Shown here one piece after another: positions 30,463 to 40,406 of a stretch of 64,000 nucleotides of DNA. Within the stretch, counting starts at the first letter, position 1; every line of letters begins with the position of its first letter. A program made the translations under genes and the position numbers. The notes under the pieces were generated by a model. That model was given only the letters and a program-made list of their open reading frames with translations. It searched no databases and was not told where the DNA came from. Origin of the DNA: Candidatus Altimarinota bacterium (GTDB taxonomy: Bacteria > Patescibacteriota > Gracilibacteria > 1-14-2-50-48-13); NCBI GenBank assembly GCA_046314355.1, contig JBKBWQ010000001.1, positions 192,001 through 256,000 of the forward strand, in the 5' to 3' direction.

Positions 30463-31701
30463 ATGATGGAAACATTAATATTACAGAAACAAGAGATCTT
30501 GCCTGAAAAGAAAGACCCTCTAAAAACAAGTATAGAAATTCAGTTACCTTTAAAGGAATTTCATACATCTCTTTTGAAGTTTACAAATCTTGATAAAGAT
30601 CAGGAGAAGGATCTCTTGTCAGAAATGGTTGAAAGGAACGATATGAGACTTGATAAGGAAAAGGGAAAAAATGATACTTCTAATAAAGTTGAGAAATTTT
30701 CTACGATAAAAAATTCTTTGATCAAAGAGAAAGAGAGTCCCACAGCGTTGATGGCATGGATAAAAGTATTGTTACATGATCTCATTGATGAGGCGAATGT
30801 ATATGAAGAGTATGATGCAGTAAGTGATGCTGCAAAAAAGATCTCAAAGGAAAAGTATGAATTAATGGATGAATATATCTACGCACAGCTGCATAGAGAA
30901 ATACAGAATAATATTTGTTCAAAGGGAGAGTTTCTTTTTAATTTTATGAAAATACCTGTCAAAGGTGCAGAGGATAGAAAGCTTGCATCTAAAGAGGATA
31001 TTTTATATATACTCGGACTGTCACACTATAAACTTAGTGAGGTACAGAAACTTGTGAATGACTTTTCAAAATCAATCTCTGTAAGAGAGGAAAAGACAAG
31101 TCTGCTTAATGTACTGAATGCTATTGAAATGATGTCATCAAAAAAGGTGACCAAAGATAAAATTAAGGATGAATTTATCCTAGCAGTAAATAGCTATATT
31201 GAAGATAACGCTAACTACAGTGTATATGATACTTTCTCTTGGTATTTGATGAAAGGTCATAAACAAGTATATAATCTTGATGCTTTACATATAGATGTCG
31301 AGAATGAAAAAGAGTTTAAAGCCAAAAATGGTGCTCTACTCTCAAGTATTAATGAAAAGTTTGAACGGACTTCTTATCTTGGTGAAAAGGATAACTTTAT
31401 CACAAAGGTGGATGTCTTAAGAAAACTTTACAATAAAGCTGTACTAGACGGACTACTTAATCCTAATGATGAGTCAGCAGTGGTTGAGCTGAAATATACT
31501 CTTGATCTTGTGAATCTTCCTAAAGATCAGAAGGAAGTGAATAAAGTAAGAATAGATTTTGATGTGAAAGATGCAGATTTACGATCATTGCTTCAGTCAG
31601 ATGAAAATATTACTGCTATAGATCAGAAGGAATTTGCATGCGTAAAGAATGCTATCGAAATGAAAAATGAAGCTCTTCTATTACAAAAAGTAAAAAAATA
31701 G
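30463..31701 (+). CDS. Hypothetical protein
   Basis: ~412-codon ORF, Lys/Glu-rich helical; first ATG after the terminator. Confidence 0.75.
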   Translation: MMETLILQKQEILPEKKDPLKTSIEIQLPLKEFHTSLLKFTNLDKDQEKDLLSEMVERNDMRLDKEKGKNDTSNKVEKFSTIKNSLIKEKESPTALMAWIKVLLHDLIDEANVYEEYDAVSDAAKKISKEKYELMDEYIYAQLHREIQNNICSKGEFLFNFMKIPVKGAEDRKLASKEDILYILGLSHYKLSEVQKLVNDFSKSISVREEKTSLLNVLNAIEMMSSKKVTKDKIKDEFILAVNSYIEDNANYSVYDTFSWYLMKGHKQVYNLDALHIDVENEKEFKAKNGALLSSINEKFERTSYLGEKDNFITKVDVLRKLYNKAVLDGLLNPNDESAVVELKYTLDLVNLPKDQKEVNKVRIDFDVKDADLRSLLQSDENITAIDQKEFACVKNAIEMKNEALLLQKVKK

Positions 31702-31738
31702 TTACTCATCTTGTATTCCTCTACTTTTCTTGATAAAG

Positions 31739-31799
31739 TACATCCGCTTAAGTCTGGAGATTTCCATACCTCAAATCTATTAAGCGGATGTATTTTTTT
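31739..31799 (+). terminator. Long hairpin plus T-run (probable terminator)
   Basis: TACATCCGCTTAA/TTAAGCGGATGTA 13-bp stem, inner AGATTT/AAATCT stem, T7. Confidence 0.65.
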
Positions 31800-31812
31800 G
31801 TAATATAAATTC

Positions 31813-33309
31813 ATGGATAAGAAGCCGCTTCCTTTTAAAAAAGGACAAGTTCTTGAGCTAAAAATTGAAAAGTTAGCTTATAAAGGTATAGGTATCGGAT
31901 ATATTGATCAGGAGAAAAACGAAAAAGATGAGGCTGGAAATATAATAAAAGTATCAAGTACAAAGCTTGTAGTATTTGTGCCACAAACTCTCCCAGGTGA
32001 AGTGTGTGAAGTAGTAATCACAAAGATGAAAAAACAGTTTTGGGAAGGAAAAAAGATCAAGACTATCGAGAAATCTGCGATGGAAATAGAAGCTCCTTGC
32101 CCGTATTTTGGAGTATGCGGAGGGTGTAAATGGCAGAACATGCCTTATGATAAGCAGCTTGAGACAAAGGAAGGATTTATCAAAGAGAGTCTGAAGTATA
32201 TAGGACGTGCAAATGATCCATATGATTTCCTGCCAATTGTGCCAAGTCCGGATCAGTATTTTTATAGAAATAAACTTGAGCTCTCTGCGGGAGTGCTAGC
32301 TTATATAGGTCAGGGAGAATATCACGAGAAGAAAGAAGAAGTGACGGAAAAAATTGAGGGATTCTATCTTGGTTTTCACGGAGCAGGTAGTTTTGATAAA
32401 ATTGTTGATGTAGATAGCTGTCTTCTCTTAAGTGAGACTGCAAATCAGGTACTTGTGATCGTGAAGGATTTTATCAAGAAGAGAAAGCTGAGTGCGTACA
32501 ATGCGAGAACTCACGAGGGATTTATACGGCATCTCGTAATACGTGAAGGTAAAAATACGGGAGAGATGATGGTTAATCTCGTAACGAATGCTACTGAGGA
32601 TTATACTGTAGAATTTTTTCAGCCGCTTGTAGATGAATTCCAATTACTGGAAAAAGATAATGTTAAATTTGAAAGTGTTCTTTGGACGCAGAATGATAGT
32701 CTCTCTGATACAGCTGTCGGGACTAATATTCAGGTAATCCATGGAAGAGAATATATTTTTGATAAAGTAGGAGAGTACCTCTTCAAGATTTCACCGTACT
32801 CATTCTTTCAGACAAATACCCATGGTGCCGAGAAACTCTATGATGTAGTAAAAGAGTTTGCAGATCTTCAGGGAGGTGAGACTGTACTCGATCTTTATGC
32901 TGGTACGGGAACAATCGGAATGTATTTGGCAAAAGCTGCAAAGAAAGTATTCTCTCTTGAATCTGAAGTAAGTGCTGTGGAAGATGCAAAAGTAAATGCT
33001 ACGATGAACAATATTATGAATATTGAGTTTATGTGCGGAAAGGTAGAGAAGGAAATTGCGAGACTTATTTTTGAGAAACCTGAAGTTATAGTTCTAGATC
33101 CTCCGAGAGCAGGTATGCATCCGAATGCCTTACAGTTCCTTCCTAGGTTTAATGCGAAAAAGATTATTTACGTTTCCTGCAATCCTACTACCCTGGGACG
33201 AGATTTAGAATTCTTACAAAGATGGTATACGGTGAAAAGGGTGCAGGGAGTGGATATGTTCCCGCAGACCTACCATGTGGAGACAGTTGTGGAGCTTATC
33301 CGTAAGTAA
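31813..33309 (+). CDS. rlmD: 23S rRNA (uracil-5)-methyltransferase RlmD/RumA
   Basis: TRAM domain, C-PYFGVCGGC Fe-S motif, SFFQTN, DPPRAG, YVSCNP, DMFPQTYHVE. Confidence 0.94.
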   Translation: MDKKPLPFKKGQVLELKIEKLAYKGIGIGYIDQEKNEKDEAGNIIKVSSTKLVVFVPQTLPGEVCEVVITKMKKQFWEGKKIKTIEKSAMEIEAPCPYFGVCGGCKWQNMPYDKQLETKEGFIKESLKYIGRANDPYDFLPIVPSPDQYFYRNKLELSAGVLAYIGQGEYHEKKEEVTEKIEGFYLGFHGAGSFDKIVDVDSCLLLSETANQVLVIVKDFIKKRKLSAYNARTHEGFIRHLVIREGKNTGEMMVNLVTNATEDYTVEFFQPLVDEFQLLEKDNVKFESVLWTQNDSLSDTAVGTNIQVIHGREYIFDKVGEYLFKISPYSFFQTNTHGAEKLYDVVKEFADLQGGETVLDLYAGTGTIGMYLAKAAKKVFSLESEVSAVEDAKVNATMNNIMNIEFMCGKVEKEIARLIFEKPEVIVLDPPRAGMHPNALQFLPRFNAKKIIYVSCNPTTLGRDLEFLQRWYTVKRVQGVDMFPQTYHVETVVELIRK

Positions 33310-33329
33310 ATAATTCTACAATATTCACC

Positions 33330-33363
33330 AAAAAGAGAAACACTCATAATGTTTCTCTTTTTT
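33330..33363 (+). terminator. Intrinsic terminator
   Basis: AAAAGAGAAACA/TGTTTCTCTTTTTT. Confidence 0.75.
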
Positions 33364-33387
33364 ATGTAAAAACATATAAATAATCTC

Positions 33388-33417
33388 TTGTCAAAAATGC
33401 CCCATAAGGCGTATACT
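33388..33417 (+). promoter_or_regulatory. Putative sigma70 promoter
   Basis: TTGTCA-N18-TATACT, 25 nt before the ATG. Confidence 0.5.
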
Positions 33418-33442
33418 ATAGAGAAGTACTTATTTTTACTCT

Positions 33443-35137
33443 ATGCGTTCCTTCCTTTCCAAACATCTACAGAAAATTCTACTTGTCACAGCTGGCGCTA
33501 TACTAGCTGGATTTATTATATATTTAGGTACAGGAAATCTGCAGAGCTCACTGCTATCGCAACAAGTATCAAGCGTTATTTATAGTGAAAATTTTGATTC
33601 CACAATACCAGTACGTTGGTGGAGAAATGGTTGGCATATTCATAAGAGTGATTTTTCGGAATATACCGATTCAGGAGAAATGAAAATATCAAGTGCATAC
33701 ACTGTTTTAAAAACTTTGCCGATTCATCCTCAGCCTGGTGCAAGCTACACCTTGAAATTTGTTGCAAAGAGAGATAAACCAGGAAGCACAAGATCATATG
33801 TCCGTCTTTATTATACTAATGACCCATCTAAATCAGATAATAGTCCAATAGGTGACAAAGATGTATATCTTAATGAAACTTGGCAACAGGTCTCATATAC
33901 CTTTAAAGTACCTCAATCAGCTGATGTAAGTGACAATATGACAATTGAAATAAATGCTGACGGAAATGCGCATCTTATGTTAGATGAATTAACTTTTACA
34001 GAGGAAAAGACATTGATTACGAACATAAATGACAATATAGATGTGAGTAATCAAAATACGACTCCTGTTCAAAATACGAATACTCAGAATATCGAAAATA
34101 GCAATGTGCAGAATACCAATAGCCTTGGAAATAACGGACAAGCAAATGTAAATCAGAATATACAAAATCAAAATACAGCACCTCAAGTGATGAACACAAA
34201 TCTGAATTCTATAACTTTGAGTAATCAGAATACAAATACAATACCTTTACAGACAAATACTAATGTACAAATCCAGTCGAATACCAATCAATCCGTCTCT
34301 AATAGCAATCAAAATCTAGTTAGTAATAATGGGGTGCAAACCAATATCAATCAGGTAATCCTACAAATAAATACTAATAATACATCCTCTACAGTAGTGC
34401 CAGTAATTACTTCTTCAGGAGGTGGTGGAGGGGGTGGAAGCTATAACAATAGCCTAATACCTGTAACTAACACTACACAATCACCTTCGAAAACAGATAT
34501 TATGTATTGTCCGCCAACCTGTCCTACTGTTTCTGTCCCGCGGGACTTATCTGCCGGACATTTTGCTAGATCAGCAATACTGTTTCTAGTCTCTGCGAAA
34601 GTGATGCAAGGCTATCCAGGAGGTGATATACGACCTGATAATCCTATAAACAGAGCAGAAATTTCAAAAATACTTCAAGTAGGATTTCAAATGGAAGATA
34701 CTGGCACTACTATAAGTCTGCCTTTCAAAGATGTAGGAATACAGGAGTGGTATTATACCTCACTTGTGACATTGTATAAGAAGGCACTTCTTAAAGGGTA
34801 TCCTGATGGAACATTCAAACCTGCTCAGTATGCCCTTCGAGCTGAGGCAATAAAAATGCTGGCTCTGGCACTCTATGATGAGAGTGGGATCATCAGTCGT
34901 TTCAATACATGGAAGAGTCTGCATCCTACTTATGCATATACGTTCTTTCAGGATGTACCTTCAGATGCATGGTATGCTCCGTATCTTTTTGTCCTTGCTG
35001 AAGATGAAGTAGTGAAGGGAAGAAACGCGAATGGAAAAGTATTATTCTATCCGGCCGATATGATATCGCGTGGAGAGTTTGCTGTTCTCCTTGCTCGTAT
35101 CATTGAACAGAAAAACATTCAGTATCCCAACTCATAA
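33443..35137 (+). CDS. S-layer homology (SLH) domain protein with CBM-like N-terminal domain and Asn/Gln/Thr linker
   Basis: N-terminal TM; beta-sandwich region (YTLKFVAK...WQQVSYTF); three SLH repeats (GYPGGDIRPDNPINRAE, GYPDGTFKP, SRGEFA). Confidence 0.88.
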   Translation: MRSFLSKHLQKILLVTAGAILAGFIIYLGTGNLQSSLLSQQVSSVIYSENFDSTIPVRWWRNGWHIHKSDFSEYTDSGEMKISSAYTVLKTLPIHPQPGASYTLKFVAKRDKPGSTRSYVRLYYTNDPSKSDNSPIGDKDVYLNETWQQVSYTFKVPQSADVSDNMTIEINADGNAHLMLDELTFTEEKTLITNINDNIDVSNQNTTPVQNTNTQNIENSNVQNTNSLGNNGQANVNQNIQNQNTAPQVMNTNLNSITLSNQNTNTIPLQTNTNVQIQSNTNQSVSNSNQNLVSNNGVQTNINQVILQINTNNTSSTVVPVITSSGGGGGGGSYNNSLIPVTNTTQSPSKTDIMYCPPTCPTVSVPRDLSAGHFARSAILFLVSAKVMQGYPGGDIRPDNPINRAEISKILQVGFQMEDTGTTISLPFKDVGIQEWYYTSLVTLYKKALLKGYPDGTFKPAQYALRAEAIKMLALALYDESGIISRFNTWKSLHPTYAYTFFQDVPSDAWYAPYLFVLAEDEVVKGRNANGKVLFYPADMISRGEFAVLLARIIEQKNIQYPNS

Positions 35138-37626
35138 TGAATAAAAAAATTACTTTAGTCGCGTATATTTTCTTACTGTTCGCTGCAGTAGCTTGTACTA
35201 TATTCTTCTTTAGAGGCGGCACGAGCTTACAAAGCAGTCTTTTCCCTAGTACAACTTCAGTGACGTCTCTACTTTATAATGGAAATTTTGAGGAGGATAA
35301 AAATCAGGACTTTTTTCCTGATGGATGGCATCTCAAACAATGTAATTTAGAGGGAATTGTCCCGAATTCAGAAGGTATTGCCGGAAAAGGATTTACTATA
35401 CAAACTCCAGTATGTCTCTCTCAATTTCAGCCAGTGAGACTGCCCAAAGGTGCAAACCTGAAAGCTGAAGTAAGTGTATATAATGAAGGTACTACTGCTG
35501 CACCAATAAACATTGCTATTGTACATAATGATGGTAGTGACACACCAAATATGATGGATGAACGCTCCCTTACAGTTGCGATGGTTGCACCAGGAACATG
35601 GCAAACCATCCAAACATCATTGCCTCTTGTGATGGAATCTCGAGAATCAACATTAGCCATTGGTTTAGTTATTACAAATTCACTTAATGCAAAAGTGAAG
35701 ATTGATAACGCAGAACTTCAAGTCGATCAGAGTATTATGTGGACTCCAACTGCAAATACTACAAACTCATTTACAACTATTAAGAATCCCTACTCAACAT
35801 CTTTCACAGAGCTCTCTCAAGTGACGCCAGGCACAGCTACGGAATTTCTAAGTGATAAGGACTTTATACGGTCGGAAGGAATTCTGCCCGAATCATGGAT
35901 ATCAGAAAGTTGCCCTGATTTTGCATCACAGTATGCGAGCGGCAAATCTGGAAAGGCCTATCCAATGAATTTCAAACAATGCTTATGGCAAGTCTCTGAT
36001 ATTCCAATGAATGTACTATTTGATAGTTTAAGTGGATTGATTTCAGTAAAAACTAGTCAAAATGTAACTGCAGAGTTAACTATTCGTTACGCAGCAAATT
36101 TCGGTGAGAATGCTGTTTGGCAAATTCAGAAAAACTCAGTATCTTTGATAAAAGATACATGGTCAACAATAAATACGCAGATGATTACTGATCAATACAC
36201 CCCATTCACTAAAAAAAGAGCTCTATTCGTTCTCTCATTACCTGATAATGTTTCTTTTACAGTAAAAAATGCATCACTTAAACCTGTAAAAACTCTCAGT
36301 CCTGCTGAGGCCACTGCAGTAGCAGCTTTTAAAGAGAGCGGAGTATTGCAGCAGGGACATGTGATTCTTGATATGAATCCTGCTGATACTGCACTTCTGC
36401 AAGATCCGATAAGATATATGAAAGCACTGAATCTTGTCTACGACACATATAAAAACATGCTTGGAGGTGCTCCATATAATGATCGTCCGATTACAGTCAT
36501 GTCTAAATGTGACTATAATGCTTCGATCGCAGATCCTGATACTCCAACTGCAACTTGCCCGAATGGATATATGAGATGGAACATCGCGGGCGGCGCGGGT
36601 GAGACTACGATTGTAGCAGATACATATTTTAAACAATCTCTAGATGTCTTCAATAAAACCGGTGCAATGAGTCTCTTGGTTGCTCATGAATTCGGTCATA
36701 ACTTTGATACTGTTACAAGTGCTCCGCAATATATGTTCAATGGTCCTTCGGTAGAATCCTTTGCAAATATCAAGGTTGTTGCTCTCATTGACCGTGGTCC
36801 ACAGCCGGTTGAATTTCAGAATAAGGTCTATATGACAAGCGGCGAAATGATGACGGGTAATGGATTCTATGCACAGTTTTATCCTAGATATAAGAGTAAC
36901 AATTATACTTTTGCAAGTTTGATGGAGGGACAGAATATTTCGAATCAATCAGACCTCTATCTGAGTATCCTCATGCGAGTTGCTGCACTGATCGGAGATA
37001 ATAAGCAAAGTCTTTTTGATACATTGAGACTGTATAAAACGGGAGAGACGACGCTGCGTTCTATTGTTAAGTTGAGTCCTGCTGAGAGAATGAATCAGTT
37101 TGTGTACTTCTGGAGTGCTGTAGCAAAAAAGGATTTAAGTCCATACTTTATTGAGGATAGATTCCCGATATCAGAAACGACAAAATCTCTCATTACACAA
37201 TATTTGGCTTTGCCGGTGCTAGAAAAAACCGACCAAAAGATTATAGATCTAGATAAAGCCACATACGCGAATAATATACCCGCAAATATCAAAACTGCTT
37301 TCCAAATGAAACAATCATCACTTAGTCAAAGCTTTTATATGCTTGGTGACATCAATATGAAGGATGGATACTACATACAGGAATTTAAAGTCAACTCGAA
37401 TGATGGACTGGGCATACTGATGTATAATGCATCCCTTGGTAAAATATTTGTCGTACCATGGTGGAACTATGATCTCATAAGTGCAGATCCTCTTCTTACA
37501 AAGTATGGTAGTCCAAAGGAGGATTACTACTACAACGTTTCAAATGGATACGGATGGACGCAGAACTTTGAGAAGGGAAGATTCATCTGGAGATCTGGTG
37601 AATCACTACAGTTTGTGCCTAGCTAA
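35137..37626 (+). CDS. Secreted/anchored zinc metallopeptidase-like protein with CBM-like domains
   Basis: TM; NGNFE..PDGW CBM-like start; AHEFGH..E zincin motif; LGFP-like C-terminus. Confidence 0.7.
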   Translation: MNKKITLVAYIFLLFAAVACTIFFFRGGTSLQSSLFPSTTSVTSLLYNGNFEEDKNQDFFPDGWHLKQCNLEGIVPNSEGIAGKGFTIQTPVCLSQFQPVRLPKGANLKAEVSVYNEGTTAAPINIAIVHNDGSDTPNMMDERSLTVAMVAPGTWQTIQTSLPLVMESRESTLAIGLVITNSLNAKVKIDNAELQVDQSIMWTPTANTTNSFTTIKNPYSTSFTELSQVTPGTATEFLSDKDFIRSEGILPESWISESCPDFASQYASGKSGKAYPMNFKQCLWQVSDIPMNVLFDSLSGLISVKTSQNVTAELTIRYAANFGENAVWQIQKNSVSLIKDTWSTINTQMITDQYTPFTKKRALFVLSLPDNVSFTVKNASLKPVKTLSPAEATAVAAFKESGVLQQGHVILDMNPADTALLQDPIRYMKALNLVYDTYKNMLGGAPYNDRPITVMSKCDYNASIADPDTPTATCPNGYMRWNIAGGAGETTIVADTYFKQSLDVFNKTGAMSLLVAHEFGHNFDTVTSAPQYMFNGPSVESFANIKVVALIDRGPQPVEFQNKVYMTSGEMMTGNGFYAQFYPRYKSNNYTFASLMEGQNISNQSDLYLSILMRVAALIGDNKQSLFDTLRLYKTGETTLRSIVKLSPAERMNQFVYFWSAVAKKDLSPYFIEDRFPISETTKSLITQYLALPVLEKTDQKIIDLDKATYANNIPANIKTAFQMKQSSLSQSFYMLGDINMKDGYYIQEFKVNSNDGLGILMYNASLGKIFVVPWWNYDLISADPLLTKYGSPKEDYYYNVSNGYGWTQNFEKGRFIWRSGESLQFVPS

Positions 37627-37690
37627 ATAGAAATTCTATTATTGAAATAAAATATCTTTTCGATACTATGAAAGTACTATATTCCTGCAT

Positions 37691-38578
37691 ATGAGCACAA
37701 AAAAAATTGTATATATAATTTTAGGTCCTACTGCTTCCGGCAAATCTGCTTACGGAGTGAAATTGGCAAAGGAACTTGATGGGGAGATTATAAGTGCTGA
37801 TTCGCGTCAGATTTACCGAGGGATGGATATTGGGACTGGAAAGATTGTGTTTGAGGAGATGGACGGAATTCCTCACCATATGATTGATGTGGTGAATCCC
37901 GATGAACTTTTTTCTGTCAGTGATTTTAAGGATAGAGCCGAGAAATGTATTGAAGATATTCAAATCAGAGGAAAAACTGCAATTATAGTCGGAGGGACAG
38001 GATTGTATTTAAATGCTTTATTGCAAAACTATGAGTTGCCTCCTCTTATTCGCAATGAAAAAGTTCAGAAAGAAATCGAAGAAGAATTGAAAATTAAAGG
38101 TGAAGATGTTCTTTATGCAGAACTTATGAAAAATGATCCTGAGTCTGCTGAATCTTTTAGTCCCAAAAACCACCGCTATCTTATTCGTGCTTTGGAGATT
38201 TTGAGAACTACAGGAAAAAAGAAGTCGGAACTAGCAGTCAAGAAAGAACCTAGGTTTGATTATAAAGTGATTGAAATTCATTGGGATGCCGTTCAACTAG
38301 CCGAAAGAATCAATATAAGACACCGATCAATGTTTGAACAAGATGCGATTATTGAAGAAACAAAAATGCTTTTAGAAAAGGGATATACTTTTCAGATGGA
38401 ATCAATGACTTCTATCGGGTACAAGCAAGTAGGTGAATTTCTGGATGGTAAAATCAGTAGGGAAGAGATGATTGAACAAACTTGTGCTGCAGCTAGGCAG
38501 TATGCAAAGAGACAGAGGACTTGGTTTAGGAGGCTAGGGAAGATGGTGGAAATAGAGTGGGTAGTCGTAAGCAAATGA
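37691..38578 (+). CDS. miaA: tRNA dimethylallyltransferase
   Basis: GPTASGKS, ISADSRQIY.GMDIGTGK, VGGTGLY, YAKRQRTW. Confidence 0.98.
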   Translation: MSTKKIVYIILGPTASGKSAYGVKLAKELDGEIISADSRQIYRGMDIGTGKIVFEEMDGIPHHMIDVVNPDELFSVSDFKDRAEKCIEDIQIRGKTAIIVGGTGLYLNALLQNYELPPLIRNEKVQKEIEEELKIKGEDVLYAELMKNDPESAESFSPKNHRYLIRALEILRTTGKKKSELAVKKEPRFDYKVIEIHWDAVQLAERINIRHRSMFEQDAIIEETKMLLEKGYTFQMESMTSIGYKQVGEFLDGKISREEMIEQTCAAARQYAKRQRTWFRRLGKMVEIEWVVVSK

Positions 38579-38675
38579 TCTTTATTTGTTTACTGAATAA
38601 AAAGAAATGAGTACTCAACCATAAGATTCTCAATAAAGACATCAAATGCTAGTTTATCTTTCTGCTTAGATTCTA

Positions 38676-39011
38676 CTAGTTCCATAAGTTTATTTGCTTT
38701 TTCAAGTTTTGCATTAAATAATCTAATACTTTAGAAATACTTTTATCTAATTCTTTGGCATACTGTTTTTCAAATTTGATTTTTACTTTTGATAATTCAG
38801 GAAATTTCATAATGATAGTATCACAGTAGTCAATTGATTCTTCAGGAGTCTCAATGTCTACTATCGAACTTTGAACAAAGTTTAAAATCTCATCTCCTCT
38901 TTCAGAACTCATTAAGTTCTTATCCATGCTTTCAAAAATATAACTTCTTATTGCTCTCCAAACTTCTAGTTTGCTCACAGAGTGAATTGGAGTGTTTAGA
39001 TTATTAATCAT
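38676..39011 (-). CDS. Hypothetical protein
   Basis: 111-codon ORF in a very AT-rich patch. Confidence 0.55.
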   Translation of the reverse strand: MINNLNTPIHSVSKLEVWRAIRSYIFESMDKNLMSSERGDEILNFVQSSIVDIETPEESIDYCDTIIMKFPELSKVKIKFEKQYAKELDKSISKVLDYLMQNLKKQINLWN

Positions 39012-39044
39012 TGTTAAGTAAATGATGCATTATGTTTCTTCGAG

Positions 39045-39701
39045 TTATTTAATCTTCTGATTTCTAAGATACAACATATCCTCTTCAAGTGTTTTTTTAG
39101 CATTTTCGTCCATAAACTCTTTTGCAGTCTTTAATTCACTGGCTTTTGTGGTGATGTCAGATGTCTTATTATTCTTTAAATCATCTTTGGAAAAGTTAGC
39201 AGAACCTCCAAATGAATAAAAATGTGCAAGATTAACTTCTTCACCGTCTTTATTACTACCAGATAGAAAGATTGTCGTGAGACTAATAGGACTATTGGAT
39301 AATTTCTTTATTTTCAATTCTGGGTTTGTTAATCCTTGATCAGCTACATATTTTGCAGCAGTGTTCTTATTAATTTTAACTAAATCTCCATTAGGTTCCA
39401 CAAAGGATAAAGTTAAGTCTCTGAAGTCATCAGTTGTACTGTATACAGCTATATCACCTCCATTCTTCATTTTTCCGACATATTGTACTTTAGCTTCAGA
39501 AGGAACATTTAGGTTACGGAGAAGTAATTTATCATATGCATTTAAATTTTCTAAGGAAGATCTAGCAGATTCTTTTTTTGCAGATAAATCTTCTGAATAT
39601 TTATTTTTTACACTTTTGATATTTTCATTATTATCTTTTTTAATTTCATTTATCTTGGAAACATCCTGATTTTCAAAAGATAAATTCTCCATGTTCTCCA
39701 T
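39045..39701 (-). CDS. Hypothetical protein
   Basis: 218-codon ORF, Lys/Asn-rich, AT-rich patch. Confidence 0.65.
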   Translation of the reverse strand: MENMENLSFENQDVSKINEIKKDNNENIKSVKNKYSEDLSAKKESARSSLENLNAYDKLLLRNLNVPSEAKVQYVGKMKNGGDIAVYSTTDDFRDLTLSFVEPNGDLVKINKNTAAKYVADQGLTNPELKIKKLSNSPISLTTIFLSGSNKDGEEVNLAHFYSFGGSANFSKDDLKNNKTSDITTKASELKTAKEFMDENAKKTLEEDMLYLRNQKIK

Positions 39702-39849
39702 AATTTATCTAATACATAGTATAATATAAAGATATTATACGTCTTCTGTAGCTCTGAGTCAAAAAAAGTACCCTACTTTATATTATGATGAATAAAATTA
39801 GCAGAGAAAATCTATTTGCGAAATACTGAAAACTGCATTCTAAAGAATT

Positions 39850-40254
39850 TTATCTCTGCTCATTCCCATTCACATAAAATTTCATGACTCTCTCAAGCTG
39901 AACTTTAAGAGGCTCGTTATTGATATTGTACTCAAGACTTACAAGATCCTCTGTTCTCTCTACCTGAGAAAGAACGGCTTTCAACTCTCCGATTTTTTCT
40001 TTTACTTCGGTACTGTATGTAAGTTCATCTTTCTTTGCCTGCTCATAATCTACATCCAAAAAGAACTCCTCTTCGATTCTTTTCTTCTCATCGTCGATCT
40101 GTCTCTTGAGTTCTTTATATGCATTTTTAAGCTGTGCGAGCTGTTCGGACTGTACTTTATAATGTCTAAGAATTGCTTTATTATCTGCAACTTTTTCTCT
40201 GATTGCGAGAAGATCGGAAAGGAGTTTTTCTATAGTTACCTGTGAAACAGCCAT
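39850..40254 (-). CDS. Hypothetical coiled-coil protein
   Basis: ORF from ATG MAVSQV (track start TTG 40314 likely too long). Confidence 0.7.
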   Translation of the reverse strand: MAVSQVTIEKLLSDLLAIREKVADNKAILRHYKVQSEQLAQLKNAYKELKRQIDDEKKRIEEEFFLDVDYEQAKKDELTYSTEVKEKIGELKAVLSQVERTEDLVSLEYNINNEPLKVQLERVMKFYVNGNEQR

Positions 40255-40406
40255 GTGACGAAATGCAAAAAAGATATACGAAAAGCAGTATAAGGAAGCT
40301 GGTGCAAAACGCAATATTGATGCGACTTAAAGTAAACTTATTGATTGACTGGATTGATTCCTGACGGAGTTTATGCTGATAAAAATCAGTACAGGAATAT
40401 CAATGA

